Shown here: positions 9,955-20,162 of the stretch, in pieces | Position numbering within the stretch: position 1 is the stretch's first letter | Layout of the letters: every line of letters begins with the position of its first letter | Virus record (IMG/VR): IMGVR_UViG_3300032435_000013 | Span: 1 to 57,381 of that record | DNA length: 57,381 nt | Reading direction: 5' to 3' (one strand) | From: a virus | Lineage: Duplodnaviria > Caudoviricetes | Made by a program: the position numbers and the translations under genes | The notes under the pieces: model-generated | The model's database searches: none | The model's input: the letters and a program-made list of their open reading frames with translations, nothing else | What the model was told of the DNA's origin: nothing

Positions 9955-12083
9955 TGGGTTTAATTAATGTTGAGGGTATAGGTCCAGTAGAAATTCAAGG
10001 AGAAAATCCTACAGAACAAGAAAGCCAAGCAATTGGTGAACTTGTAAAAAACACACCTAAGTCAAATCAACAAACTGTTACAGAGACAGATGATTTCTTA
10101 GGCTCCCCATCTTTTAAAAGATTATTACTAGAAGCTGGTTTAGCAATTGGAGGAACTGTATTATCTGGGGGTCTAGCATTACCCGCTACAGCAGCACGCG
10201 TTGGATTTTTAGCAAGACCTTTTTTAATGCAGCTAGCAAAAAGTTCTTTTGGATCTGCAGCTGGATCTGGAACAGGGGCAGCCGTTGCTCAAACATTTGA
10301 TCCAAAAGATGATGTAGTAAAAGAAGTAGTAAGAGCATCCATAGAAGGAGCTGTTGGAGAAGTTATTGGAGGACCGTTAACTATTAAAGGAGCTCAATAC
10401 GTATCTAAATTATTAGGACCAAAAATTAAATTAATTTCAATGGCGGATGAAGCTGAAAAAACATTAAAAACTCAAATCGAAAAAATAAAAGCAAGTCCTG
10501 GAAGTTATTCTGATGACATATTAAAAGCTGCAGACAATGCAGTACTAACGCCAGGTATTGTAGCAGAAAATCGTTTTATAGATATTGCTGAAAACATTGC
10601 GGAAAATTCTATACTTGGTTCTGGTTCTTTATTAACTGCAAAAGAAGCTACTAAAAAAGTAGCTTCGTCCGCCATGGATAATTTTACAGCAGATCTTATA
10701 AAAACTGCAGACAAAACAGACTTGGGTCTTTTATTTAAAGAGAATCTAACAAATAGTCAAGATTTATTTGATAGTGCGGTTAAAGGTTATTATAAAACAG
10801 TAGAAAAAAATTTAGCTAACTCTGGGTTAAAAAATTCTGCTATTGTAGATATTAAACCATTACAAAATAATTTAAAAAGTATATTAAAAGACTTACCAGG
10901 AAGAAAAACATATAAAGGTACGGTAGATTTAATTAAAGATTATGCACAAGGTCCTTCTAAAATAACTTTTGGAAGAGCAAATCAACTTCGTTCCGATATA
11001 TTAGCATTAGGAAGAGATTTATCAGCAAAAGATAATAATAAATTTAAATATGTTCAAGGTCAAATAGCTAAAGAAATAACAGAGGCTATAGATAATACAT
11101 CTGTAGGAAAAATAGGTGCAGTAAAAGATTCTTTAAAAACAGCCAATCAATTTTATAGAGAGGGTTTAAAAACATTTAATGATAAAATATTGGGTAATAT
11201 ATTATTAAAAAATCCAGATGACATATTTAATGCTATCGTATCTAGAAGTGACAAACCTTACACTGTATCTAAAACACTAGAATCTATTCAAAAATTAACA
11301 CAGATGAAGAACGTTACTGGAAAACCACTGCTAGATCAATTAGCTGCAAAAAATTTAAAAGAATCTCTTCAAGGACATTTATTAAAAGAAATGATGGACA
11401 AATCTAAAGGAACTATTGGACAATATGAAAATGTATTAAGTGCAAGTAAATTGGGTTCATTTATGGAAAAATACAAAGGAACGTTTGCTGAAAAAACAGG
11501 ACTTTTCAGCAAAAAGCAAATTGCTGAATTAGATGAATTAAAAAATCTTTTGTCTTTTTCACAAGGAGTTATTTCTAAAGAAGGAAGATTACCTGGAGGA
11601 GTATTTATTCAATTATCTCAAGCGGGGGCTATTGGAAGTTTACTAACGTTAAATGATCCCACTACTCAATTCGCTTTAGCTGCTCCTATTTTATTAGGAC
11701 CAAAAGCAATTGGACAAATGTTGATTAATCCTAAATTTAATAAATTTTTAAGAGAAGGTCTTACTGCACCTAGCGCACCAAAGGCTAGGATAGCGTTTGG
11801 TCAATTAGTAGGAAGATTAGGAGCTGCTGGTTTAATTGATGAAGAAGAATTAAATAAATCTATGACAGAATTACAACAAAGACCACAGGCACCAGATGCA
11901 ACAAAATTAAATTTAAAACCTGTAAACACACAAGTAACAAATCCAGATCAAGTTCTTTCACAAAGACCGACCGCACCAGTTTCACCTATGGCACCTATGG
12001 CACCACAACAAAACACAGGAGCTAAGTATCAGGGGCTATTCCCTTTTGACACAACAGGCCAAGCAATAGCTAGGGGACAATAA
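9954..12083 (+). CDS. Large internal virion / ejection protein
   Basis: 709 aa, helical, with Gly/Ala hydrophobic segments. Confidence 0.6.
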   Translation: MGLINVEGIGPVEIQGENPTEQESQAIGELVKNTPKSNQQTVTETDDFLGSPSFKRLLLEAGLAIGGTVLSGGLALPATAARVGFLARPFLMQLAKSSFGSAAGSGTGAAVAQTFDPKDDVVKEVVRASIEGAVGEVIGGPLTIKGAQYVSKLLGPKIKLISMADEAEKTLKTQIEKIKASPGSYSDDILKAADNAVLTPGIVAENRFIDIAENIAENSILGSGSLLTAKEATKKVASSAMDNFTADLIKTADKTDLGLLFKENLTNSQDLFDSAVKGYYKTVEKNLANSGLKNSAIVDIKPLQNNLKSILKDLPGRKTYKGTVDLIKDYAQGPSKITFGRANQLRSDILALGRDLSAKDNNKFKYVQGQIAKEITEAIDNTSVGKIGAVKDSLKTANQFYREGLKTFNDKILGNILLKNPDDIFNAIVSRSDKPYTVSKTLESIQKLTQMKNVTGKPLLDQLAAKNLKESLQGHLLKEMMDKSKGTIGQYENVLSASKLGSFMEKYKGTFAEKTGLFSKKQIAELDELKNLLSFSQGVISKEGRLPGGVFIQLSQAGAIGSLLTLNDPTTQFALAAPILLGPKAIGQMLINPKFNKFLREGLTAPSAPKARIAFGQLVGRLGAAGLIDEEELNKSMTELQQRPQAPDATKLNLKPVNTQVTNPDQVLSQRPTAPVSPMAPMAPQQNTGAKYQGLFPFDTTGQAIARGQ

Positions 12084-12319
12084 TGAAACGGATTATAAAA
12101 TCACGACTAGATGAACACATGGTAGACTTATACAACAGAGTAGATAATTTAAAAAAAGATATTTTGATTATTAAAAATAATCATTTAAAGCATATGAGTT
12201 GTGCTATCTATAAGATAGAAAAAAAAGTAGACAGAATATTATGGAGCATGATTGGTGGTATGGGGGCATTGATTATTACGCTTATAGTTTTATTTGGAAG
12301 ACTCATTAAAAATGGTTAA
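12083..12319 (+). CDS. Small coiled-coil protein with C-terminal TM helix
   Basis: IKNNHLKH motif followed by a hydrophobic helix. Confidence 0.6.
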   Translation: MKRIIKSRLDEHMVDLYNRVDNLKKDILIIKNNHLKHMSCAIYKIEKKVDRILWSMIGGMGALIITLIVLFGRLIKNG

Positions 12320-12350
12320 AGGTGAGTTGGTAATTTTAGGAGATTGTTAA

Positions 12351-14072
12351 ATGCCTTTACCTGTAGCATTTCCTCTTGCCTCCTTTCTAACTAGAGCAGG
12401 GATCACGGCCCTAGGAACTGGAGCAGCTACCGAAGGAATTAAGAGTTTACAAAATCAAGGAGTAGTAAATCCTAACATGGCACAACAAGCTTTGATGCGA
12501 ACTATCATGGGACCTACTTCAGAAATATTTAATAGAACAACCGACACTCCATCAGGAAAAGTATTTGCACCAGACGCTACAGACATAGAGAAGCAAAGAA
12601 AAGAAGCAATCTCCAAACCAATAATAACTCCGATGCCTGTAGGCCAACAAGATCAAACCTTAGCTACTCCCGTCCCAGAAAAAACAACTATATTACCTGG
12701 AATGAATCCAGCCCCTACGCCTATTCAAAATGAGGGGTTTAATATGCCTACTACTCCAGACACAAGCATTTTAACTAAAGATAAAGTATCTAACCAACCT
12801 AAGGAATTGTTAGGTGAGAATTTAAGCGCAAGTACCACATTAGACAAGGAGTTATTAAATGATTTACTTGTGACACGTGGTGGAATAGAAGGTTTTGAGG
12901 AAAAGATGAACTCTGGTTATGCCCCTATGCCTAACTCAACAAAAAAACAGATGGAAATACAATTACAGAATAAATTGTTTGATAAATATAAAATAAATAC
13001 CTATCCTGATGGAGTTAATCCAGATGAACTTAGTGAAGCTGAGACACAAAAATTTAAAAATAAATACACTACTCAGTTACAGGGAATTGATTTTATAACA
13101 TCTGCAGCATATGATGCCATCGGGGAAAGGACAACTAATAACGACATAGCTAGAGGATATCCTGTGTTTGCAATAGATAATGAAGGTCTTCCAATAGCAG
13201 GTGCAAAAATAAAAAAATATACAAAAAGCTATATAGATACTAGCATTGAAAAAACAGATGATCCTAAAGCTAGGATAAAAAGAGTAGAAGCATTATATAT
13301 AGCAGAAATTGGAAGTATTAATTACAAAGCTACAACTAAATTACTAGATACCATAGCGGGAATAGCAAAAGAAAATAACATATCCTATGTAGTTGCAGAA
13401 GATTTTACATCTAAGGAAGCATTCGAAGCGTTTAAAAATAGAGGTTATGAAAGTACTTCAAAGAAAGATTATCAGCTATTTAAAGGCGAAAAAATAAGAC
13501 GAGATCATGGGAGTAGATTAATATTACAAAAAAACTTAGTATTAAAAATAGATACTGATATATCCAAACAAACTGACGCACCTGGTGAAGAAGAAAATAC
13601 TAGTAAATCAGCTGGAAGTTTAACAGAAGTAAGTACTAATCCTTCAGAACCTTTTGATAGTATGGATACAAGTGCAGTAGATTTTTTTCCTTTTAATCCA
13701 GTTGATTTTAAAAAAAATGGAATATTAAATAATCCAGAAATTGTAAAAGCTTTTGATGATTTAAAAAATGATGTTAAAATAAAACCACCAGTTGGATTTA
13801 ATGAAGATTATATGGCGCTTCAACAAAGTGATTCGTTTTATCTAACTCCACCTAGAGCACAAATGGAAATAACTTTAAAATATTTAGAAAAACAATTAGA
13901 AGAGAATAAAGCTTCTGAAGAAACTTTAAATTTAATAAAAAATTTAAATAAAGATTTACAAGCTAAAATTAAAGATACTGGTTATTATGCTGAAAATAAA
14001 AAAGTAGAAGATAGAATAACCAATCTTCCAGGAATGACTAATAAATTAAAAAATTTAAAAAGTAGCAATTAA
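12351..14072 (+). CDS. Large mosaic protein, probably virion-delivered, with a central GNAT-like segment
   Basis: AGGAG RBS; hydrophobic N-terminus, Pro/Thr linker, LYIAEIG...LL..IA..AKE.NI..V....EAFEAFKNRGY. Confidence 0.5.
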   Translation: MPLPVAFPLASFLTRAGITALGTGAATEGIKSLQNQGVVNPNMAQQALMRTIMGPTSEIFNRTTDTPSGKVFAPDATDIEKQRKEAISKPIITPMPVGQQDQTLATPVPEKTTILPGMNPAPTPIQNEGFNMPTTPDTSILTKDKVSNQPKELLGENLSASTTLDKELLNDLLVTRGGIEGFEEKMNSGYAPMPNSTKKQMEIQLQNKLFDKYKINTYPDGVNPDELSEAETQKFKNKYTTQLQGIDFITSAAYDAIGERTTNNDIARGYPVFAIDNEGLPIAGAKIKKYTKSYIDTSIEKTDDPKARIKRVEALYIAEIGSINYKATTKLLDTIAGIAKENNISYVVAEDFTSKEAFEAFKNRGYESTSKKDYQLFKGEKIRRDHGSRLILQKNLVLKIDTDISKQTDAPGEEENTSKSAGSLTEVSTNPSEPFDSMDTSAVDFFPFNPVDFKKNGILNNPEIVKAFDDLKNDVKIKPPVGFNEDYMALQQSDSFYLTPPRAQMEITLKYLEKQLEENKASEETLNLIKNLNKDLQAKIKDTGYYAENKKVEDRITNLPGMTNKLKNLKSSN

Positions 14073-14103
14073 ATAAAAATTCTGGTAAATAAACCCTTAT
14101 CAG

Positions 14104-14814
14104 ATGAAAATAATTAGAAATGATAGCAGCTTCACCATCACAGACTTTAGATGGGATCATAAATATTCTTATGTCCCTTATGAACGGGACGACACTCACG
14201 GCCCACGGACCTATGCGGTAGGAGAAAAGAAAGTCCCCTCCGTAACCACCATATTATCAGCCACTCAATCAGCAGAGAAGACAAAGACCCTAGATGCTTG
14301 GAGAGAACGAGTAGGCTACCAAGAAGCTCAAGCCATTACCACTCAGGCCTCCAATAGAGGCACGGAGATGCACTTTGTTTTAGAAAACTATATCAATGGT
14401 CGCGGGTACTTGAATCTATCAAAAGAAGGGGCTCAGGCTCGTTTAATGGCACATACCATCATACAGAATTTACCAGAGTTAAAGATTGTATACGGAAGTG
14501 AAGTGAACCTAGCTTATGAGGGTCAATGGGCAGGATCCACGGATCTCGTGGCTCTATACAAAGGAGAGCCTACTATTATAGATTTTAAACAGTCTAATCG
14601 TTTTAAGAAGAGAGAGTATGTAGAAGACTACCACTACCAGATAGCAGCTTATGCCCTTGCTCATAAAAAAGTATATGGGCCGATCACGAGAGGCCTCATA
14701 GCCATCTGTACTAAGGACATAGAGTTTCAGTCTTTTGAACTGGATGAAAATATTCTTAAAGAATATGAGGATAGGTGGTTTTCAAGAGTCGAAAAGTATT
14801 ATAAACTTCCTTAA
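14104..14814 (+). CDS. PD-(D/E)XK exonuclease (MGME1/Cas4-like phage nuclease)
   Basis: PSVTTIL, RGTEMH, AGSTD, IIDFKQS and QIAAY motifs. Confidence 0.9.
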   Translation: MKIIRNDSSFTITDFRWDHKYSYVPYERDDTHGPRTYAVGEKKVPSVTTILSATQSAEKTKTLDAWRERVGYQEAQAITTQASNRGTEMHFVLENYINGRGYLNLSKEGAQARLMAHTIIQNLPELKIVYGSEVNLAYEGQWAGSTDLVALYKGEPTIIDFKQSNRFKKREYVEDYHYQIAAYALAHKKVYGPITRGLIAICTKDIEFQSFELDENILKEYEDRWFSRVEKYYKLP

Positions 14815-15353
14815 TGAAGGAAGGTTTATTAGTGCATAAGCATTTGATTGTAAGAGCGGAAGCTATCCGTCCTCCTATGGACGAAGCATATCTAACAGAA
14901 TGGTTAAACGATTTTATTACATCTATTAACATGAAAGTGTTAATGGGTCCTTATGTAATCTATCATAACGTTCCAGGTAATCGTGGAATTACAGGAGCAG
15001 CTATTATTGAAACGTCTCACATTGTAATGCATGTTTGGGATGAACCGTCTCCAGCACTAATGCAGTTTGATGTATACTCTTGTGGAGAGTTTGATCCTGA
15101 AGTGATCTGTAAAAAAATTACAAAAGATTTTGATGTTACTAAAATAGAATATAAATTTTTAAATAGAGAAACAGGTCTACAAGATATTGGTGGAGCTTAT
15201 TTAAAACCTTCTAAAAGCCAAGTAGATAAAATATTATTTAACAATAGAAAAGAAGTGGACATCAATGCTAATGGGTCTGGATACACTATTAAGGCTGGAT
15301 CTAATAAAGGAAAAACATTGGGTCACATACAAGCTCTAACTAAAAAAATATGA
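14814..15353 (+). CDS. speD: Pyruvoyl-dependent S-adenosylmethionine decarboxylase-family proenzyme (auxiliary metabolic gene)
   Basis: HLIV, GITG, IETSHIVMHVW (autocleavage Ser) and DVYSCG motifs. Confidence 0.88.
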   Translation: MKEGLLVHKHLIVRAEAIRPPMDEAYLTEWLNDFITSINMKVLMGPYVIYHNVPGNRGITGAAIIETSHIVMHVWDEPSPALMQFDVYSCGEFDPEVICKKITKDFDVTKIEYKFLNRETGLQDIGGAYLKPSKSQVDKILFNNRKEVDINANGSGYTIKAGSNKGKTLGHIQALTKKI

Positions 15354-15379
15354 ATAGTATGGATAAATTTTAAAATAAA

Positions 15380-15610
15380 ATGGGAACTTTTATTATGATA
15401 GTTATGTTATGTCATATTAACCCAATTGGACAAGAAATGTGCATACCTATGGTAGAAAACCCACCCGTGTATTATTCAACTGAACAAAAATGTAATGATG
15501 CTTCTATTAAAAAAAGAAAAGAAATGGAAAATATAGCAATACAAAACCGTATCACTGTCACTGGTATATATTCTACTTGCCTAGAAGATAAATCTAAACC
15601 AGGTGTTTAA
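15380..15610 (+). CDS. Small Cys-containing, probably exported protein
   Basis: Hydrophobic N-terminus, 4 Cys. Confidence 0.6.
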   Translation: MGTFIMIVMLCHINPIGQEMCIPMVENPPVYYSTEQKCNDASIKKRKEMENIAIQNRITVTGIYSTCLEDKSKPGV

Positions 15611-15673
15611 ATATAAAGAAAGACCTAGACCAAGCAATCCAAATCCTAAATAATGATACCTTACAATGAAGGC

Positions 15674-15700
15674 GAGTGGGATTTCGTGTCCCGCTCTTTT
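15674..15700 (+). terminator. Terminator between convergent operons
   Basis: GAGTGGGA-loop-TCCCGCTC followed by TTTT. Confidence 0.6.
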
Positions 15701-17108
15701 ATATCCAGCTTCTAATTTCTTCCCCTAAAGTTTCTGAACTTATTTTTACTTTTCTTTTTAAAGCACTTACAATCATTTCGTCTATAGTTTTTTCCGCAAG
15801 TAAATCAATATATACAACATTCCTAGTCTGCCCAATTCGGTGAGCTCTATCTTCAGATTGTTGGCGTACCTCAAGATTGTAAGAATTACTAAAATACACA
15901 ACATAGGCGGCGCTAGTAAGAGTAAGACCGTAACCCCCAGTACTAGGGTTACCAACCAAGAAACGACATTTAGGATCGTCTTGAAAACGTTTGACTGCTT
16001 CTTGACGATGCTCTGTAGTAATCGCACCGTAAATACTGACCACACTTTCTTTACCATAAGCCTCTCCTAATTTTTTAATTATGGTTTCTATGTTCTGTAC
16101 ATAGTTAGCCCATATTATAAACTTACCTTCGGCTTCTTCCAATACGTTAAACAATTCTTTTAATTTAGGACATTTATCAAAAGTACTAATAGAGCCATCA
16201 TCTGATTTAACAAACCCGTTGGTTACTTGATGTAATCTAAGTATTTCTGTTAGCTTATTAGCAAAACTTACTTCTTTATCCTTTAGGACACTGTACGCAT
16301 TCTTCTTTAATTGTTCGTACACTTTCCTTTGTTCTTCTGGTAACTGCACCATTCTTCTTTGGTATACTTTTGCTGGGAGGTCTAAACAATCTTCTTTCTT
16401 AACTCTAAAAGAAAATGATTTTATTTTTCTTTCTAGTTCGTCTAAGTTAGTGAAGTATTGTGGTAGTAGAACAGATCTACCACCCATATTAATTTGCTTC
16501 ATCACAGCGTATCTAGCTTGAAAGGTATAAAACGAATCAAAGCCTAATAAGGAAGTATTTAGAAAAGCACATTGGCTAAATAAATCTAAAGGAGATTTAG
16601 TAATAGGAGAACCTGTTAAAATTCTTTTGTACTTAACTAACCCCCCTAATTTAATAATATGCTTGGTTCGTTTGGCGGATCTATTTTTTATAGTAGTAGA
16701 TTCATCAATAATCATCATTGCTTTATTTCCTAAAGGTCCAATAATTTTAGATAACGCTTGCACTCCACTACTATGACTCAATGCTTCAACGTTAATAAGA
16801 AAGTAATTTAATTTATCTAATTGATAGTTAAATTTTTTATCTACTTTATGTAAAGTAATATTATAATCTACCGAACTGTGCATCTCAATTTCTTTTTCCC
16901 AGTTACGGTATACAGAGTTAGGTGCCACTACTATTACAGTGTCTATTAATTGTTCGCAGAATAAATAAGAGGCATTATCAATAGCGACTTTTGTTTTACC
17001 TGTTCCCATCTCCATAAAATATGCGAAATTAAAAGAGGTTGCACCTTTTTTTAAAGCTTCTCTTTGGTGTTCAAAAGGCGTAGTCTTATATTTAAATTCT
17101 TGTTTCAT
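15699..17108 (-). CDS. SNF2-family (SF2) helicase
   Basis: EMGTGKT, DES, LTGSP and QSEDRAHRIGQ motifs. Confidence 0.92.
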   Translation of the reverse strand: MKQEFKYKTTPFEHQREALKKGATSFNFAYFMEMGTGKTKVAIDNASYLFCEQLIDTVIVVAPNSVYRNWEKEIEMHSSVDYNITLHKVDKKFNYQLDKLNYFLINVEALSHSSGVQALSKIIGPLGNKAMMIIDESTTIKNRSAKRTKHIIKLGGLVKYKRILTGSPITKSPLDLFSQCAFLNTSLLGFDSFYTFQARYAVMKQINMGGRSVLLPQYFTNLDELERKIKSFSFRVKKEDCLDLPAKVYQRRMVQLPEEQRKVYEQLKKNAYSVLKDKEVSFANKLTEILRLHQVTNGFVKSDDGSISTFDKCPKLKELFNVLEEAEGKFIIWANYVQNIETIIKKLGEAYGKESVVSIYGAITTEHRQEAVKRFQDDPKCRFLVGNPSTGGYGLTLTSAAYVVYFSNSYNLEVRQQSEDRAHRIGQTRNVVYIDLLAEKTIDEMIVSALKRKVKISSETLGEEIRSWI

Positions 17109-17210
17109 GTTTCGTGTTTCTATTCAATTAAGTTGAATTAAAAAATAATTAAATTATTTTCTTTACAAAGTCAAACCCTTAATTTATAAACGAATCAAAA
17201 GGAGGTTCTT

Positions 17211-17756
17211 ATGGACTTAGAAGCAGAATCAGCCCTAATTACGGTTGACACGGGCAAATCAAAAGATATTGCCAAATCTTGCAAAGAGTTATTGGATCTT
17301 CAGACTGAAATAGCCACGCTAGAAGAACAAGTAAAAAAGAAAAAAGAAGCAGAGACATTTCTATCTGAACAGACAATCCCTAACTTAATGCAATCATGCG
17401 GATTAGCCATGATCAAATTGGAAGATGGTTCTTCCGTGGAGGTCAGGCCTTTCTATGCCGCTAAAATCCCAGTATCCAGAATAGACGAAGCCTTTAATTG
17501 GCTACGTGATAATGGTCACGGGGACTTGATTAAGAACAATGTAACATTAACATTTGGCCGTTCGGAAGATGCAATTGCAAAACAATTGGTTGACGAATTA
17601 CAATTAAAAGGTCATAATGTTAAGCAAGCCGAAAAGGTGGAACCGATGACCCTAAAAGCTTTTGTAAAAGAGCAAATACAAAAAGGGAAAAATGTTCCTT
17701 CCGATTTATTCGGTGTTTACATTGCAAACAAGACTAAAATAACCACGAAACAATAA
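17211..17756 (+). CDS. Conserved replication-module protein
   Basis: AGGAGG RBS; AF.WLR.NGHGDLIKN and VEP.TLKAFVKE motifs common in this module. Confidence 0.75.
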   Translation: MDLEAESALITVDTGKSKDIAKSCKELLDLQTEIATLEEQVKKKKEAETFLSEQTIPNLMQSCGLAMIKLEDGSSVEVRPFYAAKIPVSRIDEAFNWLRDNGHGDLIKNNVTLTFGRSEDAIAKQLVDELQLKGHNVKQAEKVEPMTLKAFVKEQIQKGKNVPSDLFGVYIANKTKITTKQ

Positions 17757-17765
17757 GGAGACAAC

Positions 17766-18596
17766 ATGAGTAAAGAAAGTATGACACAAGCTGCTCCCAA
17801 AGAAGTAGCTGTCAAAAAAGAAGCGCCTCTTCCAGCGCAATTCAATTTGGAAGAACTAGCAGGACAAGGTAGTGAGTTTGTTACCGCAAGGGACGTACGA
17901 TTACCTATCTTGAAAATTCTTTATGCTAATTCACCAGTACTTGACGAGAGTGATGGTAAATACATAAAGGATGCAAAACAAGGGGACATCTATAATGAGG
18001 TAACAGGAAATCTTTACAAAGGTAAAGATGGAATTATTGTTGCACCTTGTTTATACATCAACACTTTTAATGAGTGGAAAGATAAAGGAGACAGTCTAGG
18101 TAGACCAGTAGGTATACACACAGACACTTCTATCTTGACCCAAACTAAAAGAGGCGATGATGGTAAAGACAGATTACCTAATGGTAATTATGTGGAAGAT
18201 ACAGGTAATCATTTTGTGTATTTATTGGACAACAGCTACAGTCCTATAGAGACCGCTTTGATTGCTATGAAATCAACTCAAAAGAAAAAATCTAAAACCT
18301 GGAATTCTATGATTCAAAGTAGAAGACTGAAAGGTAAAAATGGTTCTTTCAATCCACCAGCTTGGTCACAAGCCTATAGACTAAAGACTACCAAAGAATC
18401 TAATTCACAGAATTTTTGGTATGGTTGGGTTGTTGAGTTTGATAAATTTTTAAACGAACCTAACATGGTTAGTACCTTAGAAGCTACCAAAGGATTTTAC
18501 GAATCAGCAATGAAGAGTGATATCTTTGGTAAGATTGACTTTGGTAAAGATGAACCAAAACAACAAATAAGCAATAGCGAATCAGTTCCATTTTAG
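17766..18596 (+). CDS. Putative single-stranded DNA-binding protein
   Basis: Position; aromatic OB-like content; acidic tail ending in PF. Confidence 0.6.
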   Translation: MSKESMTQAAPKEVAVKKEAPLPAQFNLEELAGQGSEFVTARDVRLPILKILYANSPVLDESDGKYIKDAKQGDIYNEVTGNLYKGKDGIIVAPCLYINTFNEWKDKGDSLGRPVGIHTDTSILTQTKRGDDGKDRLPNGNYVEDTGNHFVYLLDNSYSPIETALIAMKSTQKKKSKTWNSMIQSRRLKGKNGSFNPPAWSQAYRLKTTKESNSQNFWYGWVVEFDKFLNEPNMVSTLEATKGFYESAMKSDIFGKIDFGKDEPKQQISNSESVPF

Positions 18597-18599
18597 TTT

Positions 18600-20162
18600 A
18601 TGCATAAGCAATTAGCTGAACTATTTGCTGGAGATGATTCCAAGTTCATTGAGGCCACCCTTACGGGGGTGGTCACTGAGCGTGGTAAGAAAGAAGCAAA
18701 ATATACCACGCTCCATGAACCTGTTACGGAAGATCTGTGGAAAGGTCATTTAGAAGGGGAATATAAAATTGGTATACTTCCTGAAAAAGGAGAGGTAGCT
18801 AAATGGGGTTGCATTGATATAGATCCAAAAAACTACACAGCATACTCTACTAAAAAATATATTGATTTAATTAAAACAACCAACTTACCCTTAATTCCAG
18901 TATTATCTAAATCTGGAGGACTACATTTATTTTTATTTTTAAAAGATTGGACAAACGTAAAAGAAATTAGATCTGTATTAGATAAATGGAATGACAAATA
19001 CTTTATGTCAAATGAAGTATTTCCCATGAATAAGGCAGTAGGTATGCCTTATAGTAATGCTAATGCAGCAGCTGAATACGCATTTAATGAAGATGGAAGA
19101 GGAATGTTATGTGCAAGTTTTATACAGTTAGCACAAGAGAAGATAACGACCATTGAAGCATTAAAAAACTTTAAAGAAAATTCTTATGAACCCGAAACAC
19201 AGTGGTCACAGTATCCACCTTGTGTACAGAAATTAATTAATGAGAAGTGGCATGGAGACCATAGAAACAATTTACTATTCAATGTCCTTGTTTTAGAAAC
19301 AAAAAAGAATGAAGCGATTAGTGTAGAAGATCTAATTACTATAGCTAGAAAAAGAAATACAGAAATATTTTCAAGACCTTTAGATGATAAAGAAGTCACC
19401 AGCTTAGCAAAGTCTATTAAAAAAGGAGGTTACTTTTATAAATGTCCTCCTAAACATCAGGAACTACAAAGCATCTGTAATAAAGAATTATGTAAAATGA
19501 GGACGTTAGGGGTTCAACCAGAAACACCTTCTGTTATAGATAAATTTATTAACATTACTTACGTTAAAGATTTAAAGACGATGTACTATGAATTTGATTA
19601 TGATGGAAACCATATTGTAGTTACTCCAGAAGATATGAAGGATGAAAAGTGTTGGAGAGTTAAGTTTTTAAAGTATGGGATTTATTGGATGACCTTATCC
19701 AAACCAAAGAGAGGCCCAGCTCCTTTTGAATTATTATTAAAAGAAATAACCGTACGTGCAAAAGAAAATAAAAACATGCAGTTTGAAGAAACATTAGAAG
19801 ACGCACGTTATAAAGGTTTAAAAGATTTCTTTGAAGACACTATTGAAGTAGATGACTTTAATAAACTAAAAGATGGTTACGTTATATTAGATTCTAAAAC
19901 AAACATGTGCTACTTCAAACGATCTACCATGGATGATTGGTTTAAGAATAAAAAAAGCAGAGTGTTTAATTCTTCTTTAGATGCAATTAAATTATTAGAA
20001 TGTATTCGTGTAGATTATGTAGAAGGTGTTAAGAATGTTTGGTCAGTACAAATGCCAGATTTTGTAAACCAACAATCAATTAAAGTTAAACCAAAGGAAG
20101 ATAACGTATCTGAAATGGATGATGCATACCACACGGGAAAATTTAGAAGCCCTCAAGCTTAA
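18600..20162 (+). CDS. AEP-superfamily primase(-polymerase) with C-terminal accessory domains
   Basis: WGCIDID (DxD), SKSGGLH, PPC...RNN motifs. Confidence 0.8.
   Translation: MHKQLAELFAGDDSKFIEATLTGVVTERGKKEAKYTTLHEPVTEDLWKGHLEGEYKIGILPEKGEVAKWGCIDIDPKNYTAYSTKKYIDLIKTTNLPLIPVLSKSGGLHLFLFLKDWTNVKEIRSVLDKWNDKYFMSNEVFPMNKAVGMPYSNANAAAEYAFNEDGRGMLCASFIQLAQEKITTIEALKNFKENSYEPETQWSQYPPCVQKLINEKWHGDHRNNLLFNVLVLETKKNEAISVEDLITIARKRNTEIFSRPLDDKEVTSLAKSIKKGGYFYKCPPKHQELQSICNKELCKMRTLGVQPETPSVIDKFINITYVKDLKTMYYEFDYDGNHIVVTPEDMKDEKCWRVKFLKYGIYWMTLSKPKRGPAPFELLLKEITVRAKENKNMQFEETLEDARYKGLKDFFEDTIEVDDFNKLKDGYVILDSKTNMCYFKRSTMDDWFKNKKSRVFNSSLDAIKLLECIRVDYVEGVKNVWSVQMPDFVNQQSIKVKPKEDNVSEMDDAYHTGKFRSPQA

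Noticed and set aside
14104-14814. cas4 of a CRISPR system
   Set aside because: It lacks the Fe-S cysteine cluster and any array; it is a common phage exonuclease.
15782-16070. Plus-strand ORFs inside the SNF2 gene, and similar shadow ORFs (4576, 7796, 9288, 10505, 18833, 19184, 22923, 24491, 25686, 28746, 29309, 29925, 30422, 33774, 33899, 39631, 40286, 40798, 41763, 42004, 43228, 44158, 44955, 47211, 48078, 48578, 51464, 54102, 55237)
   Set aside because: They are antisense or out-of-frame shadows of well-supported genes, with no recognisable motifs.
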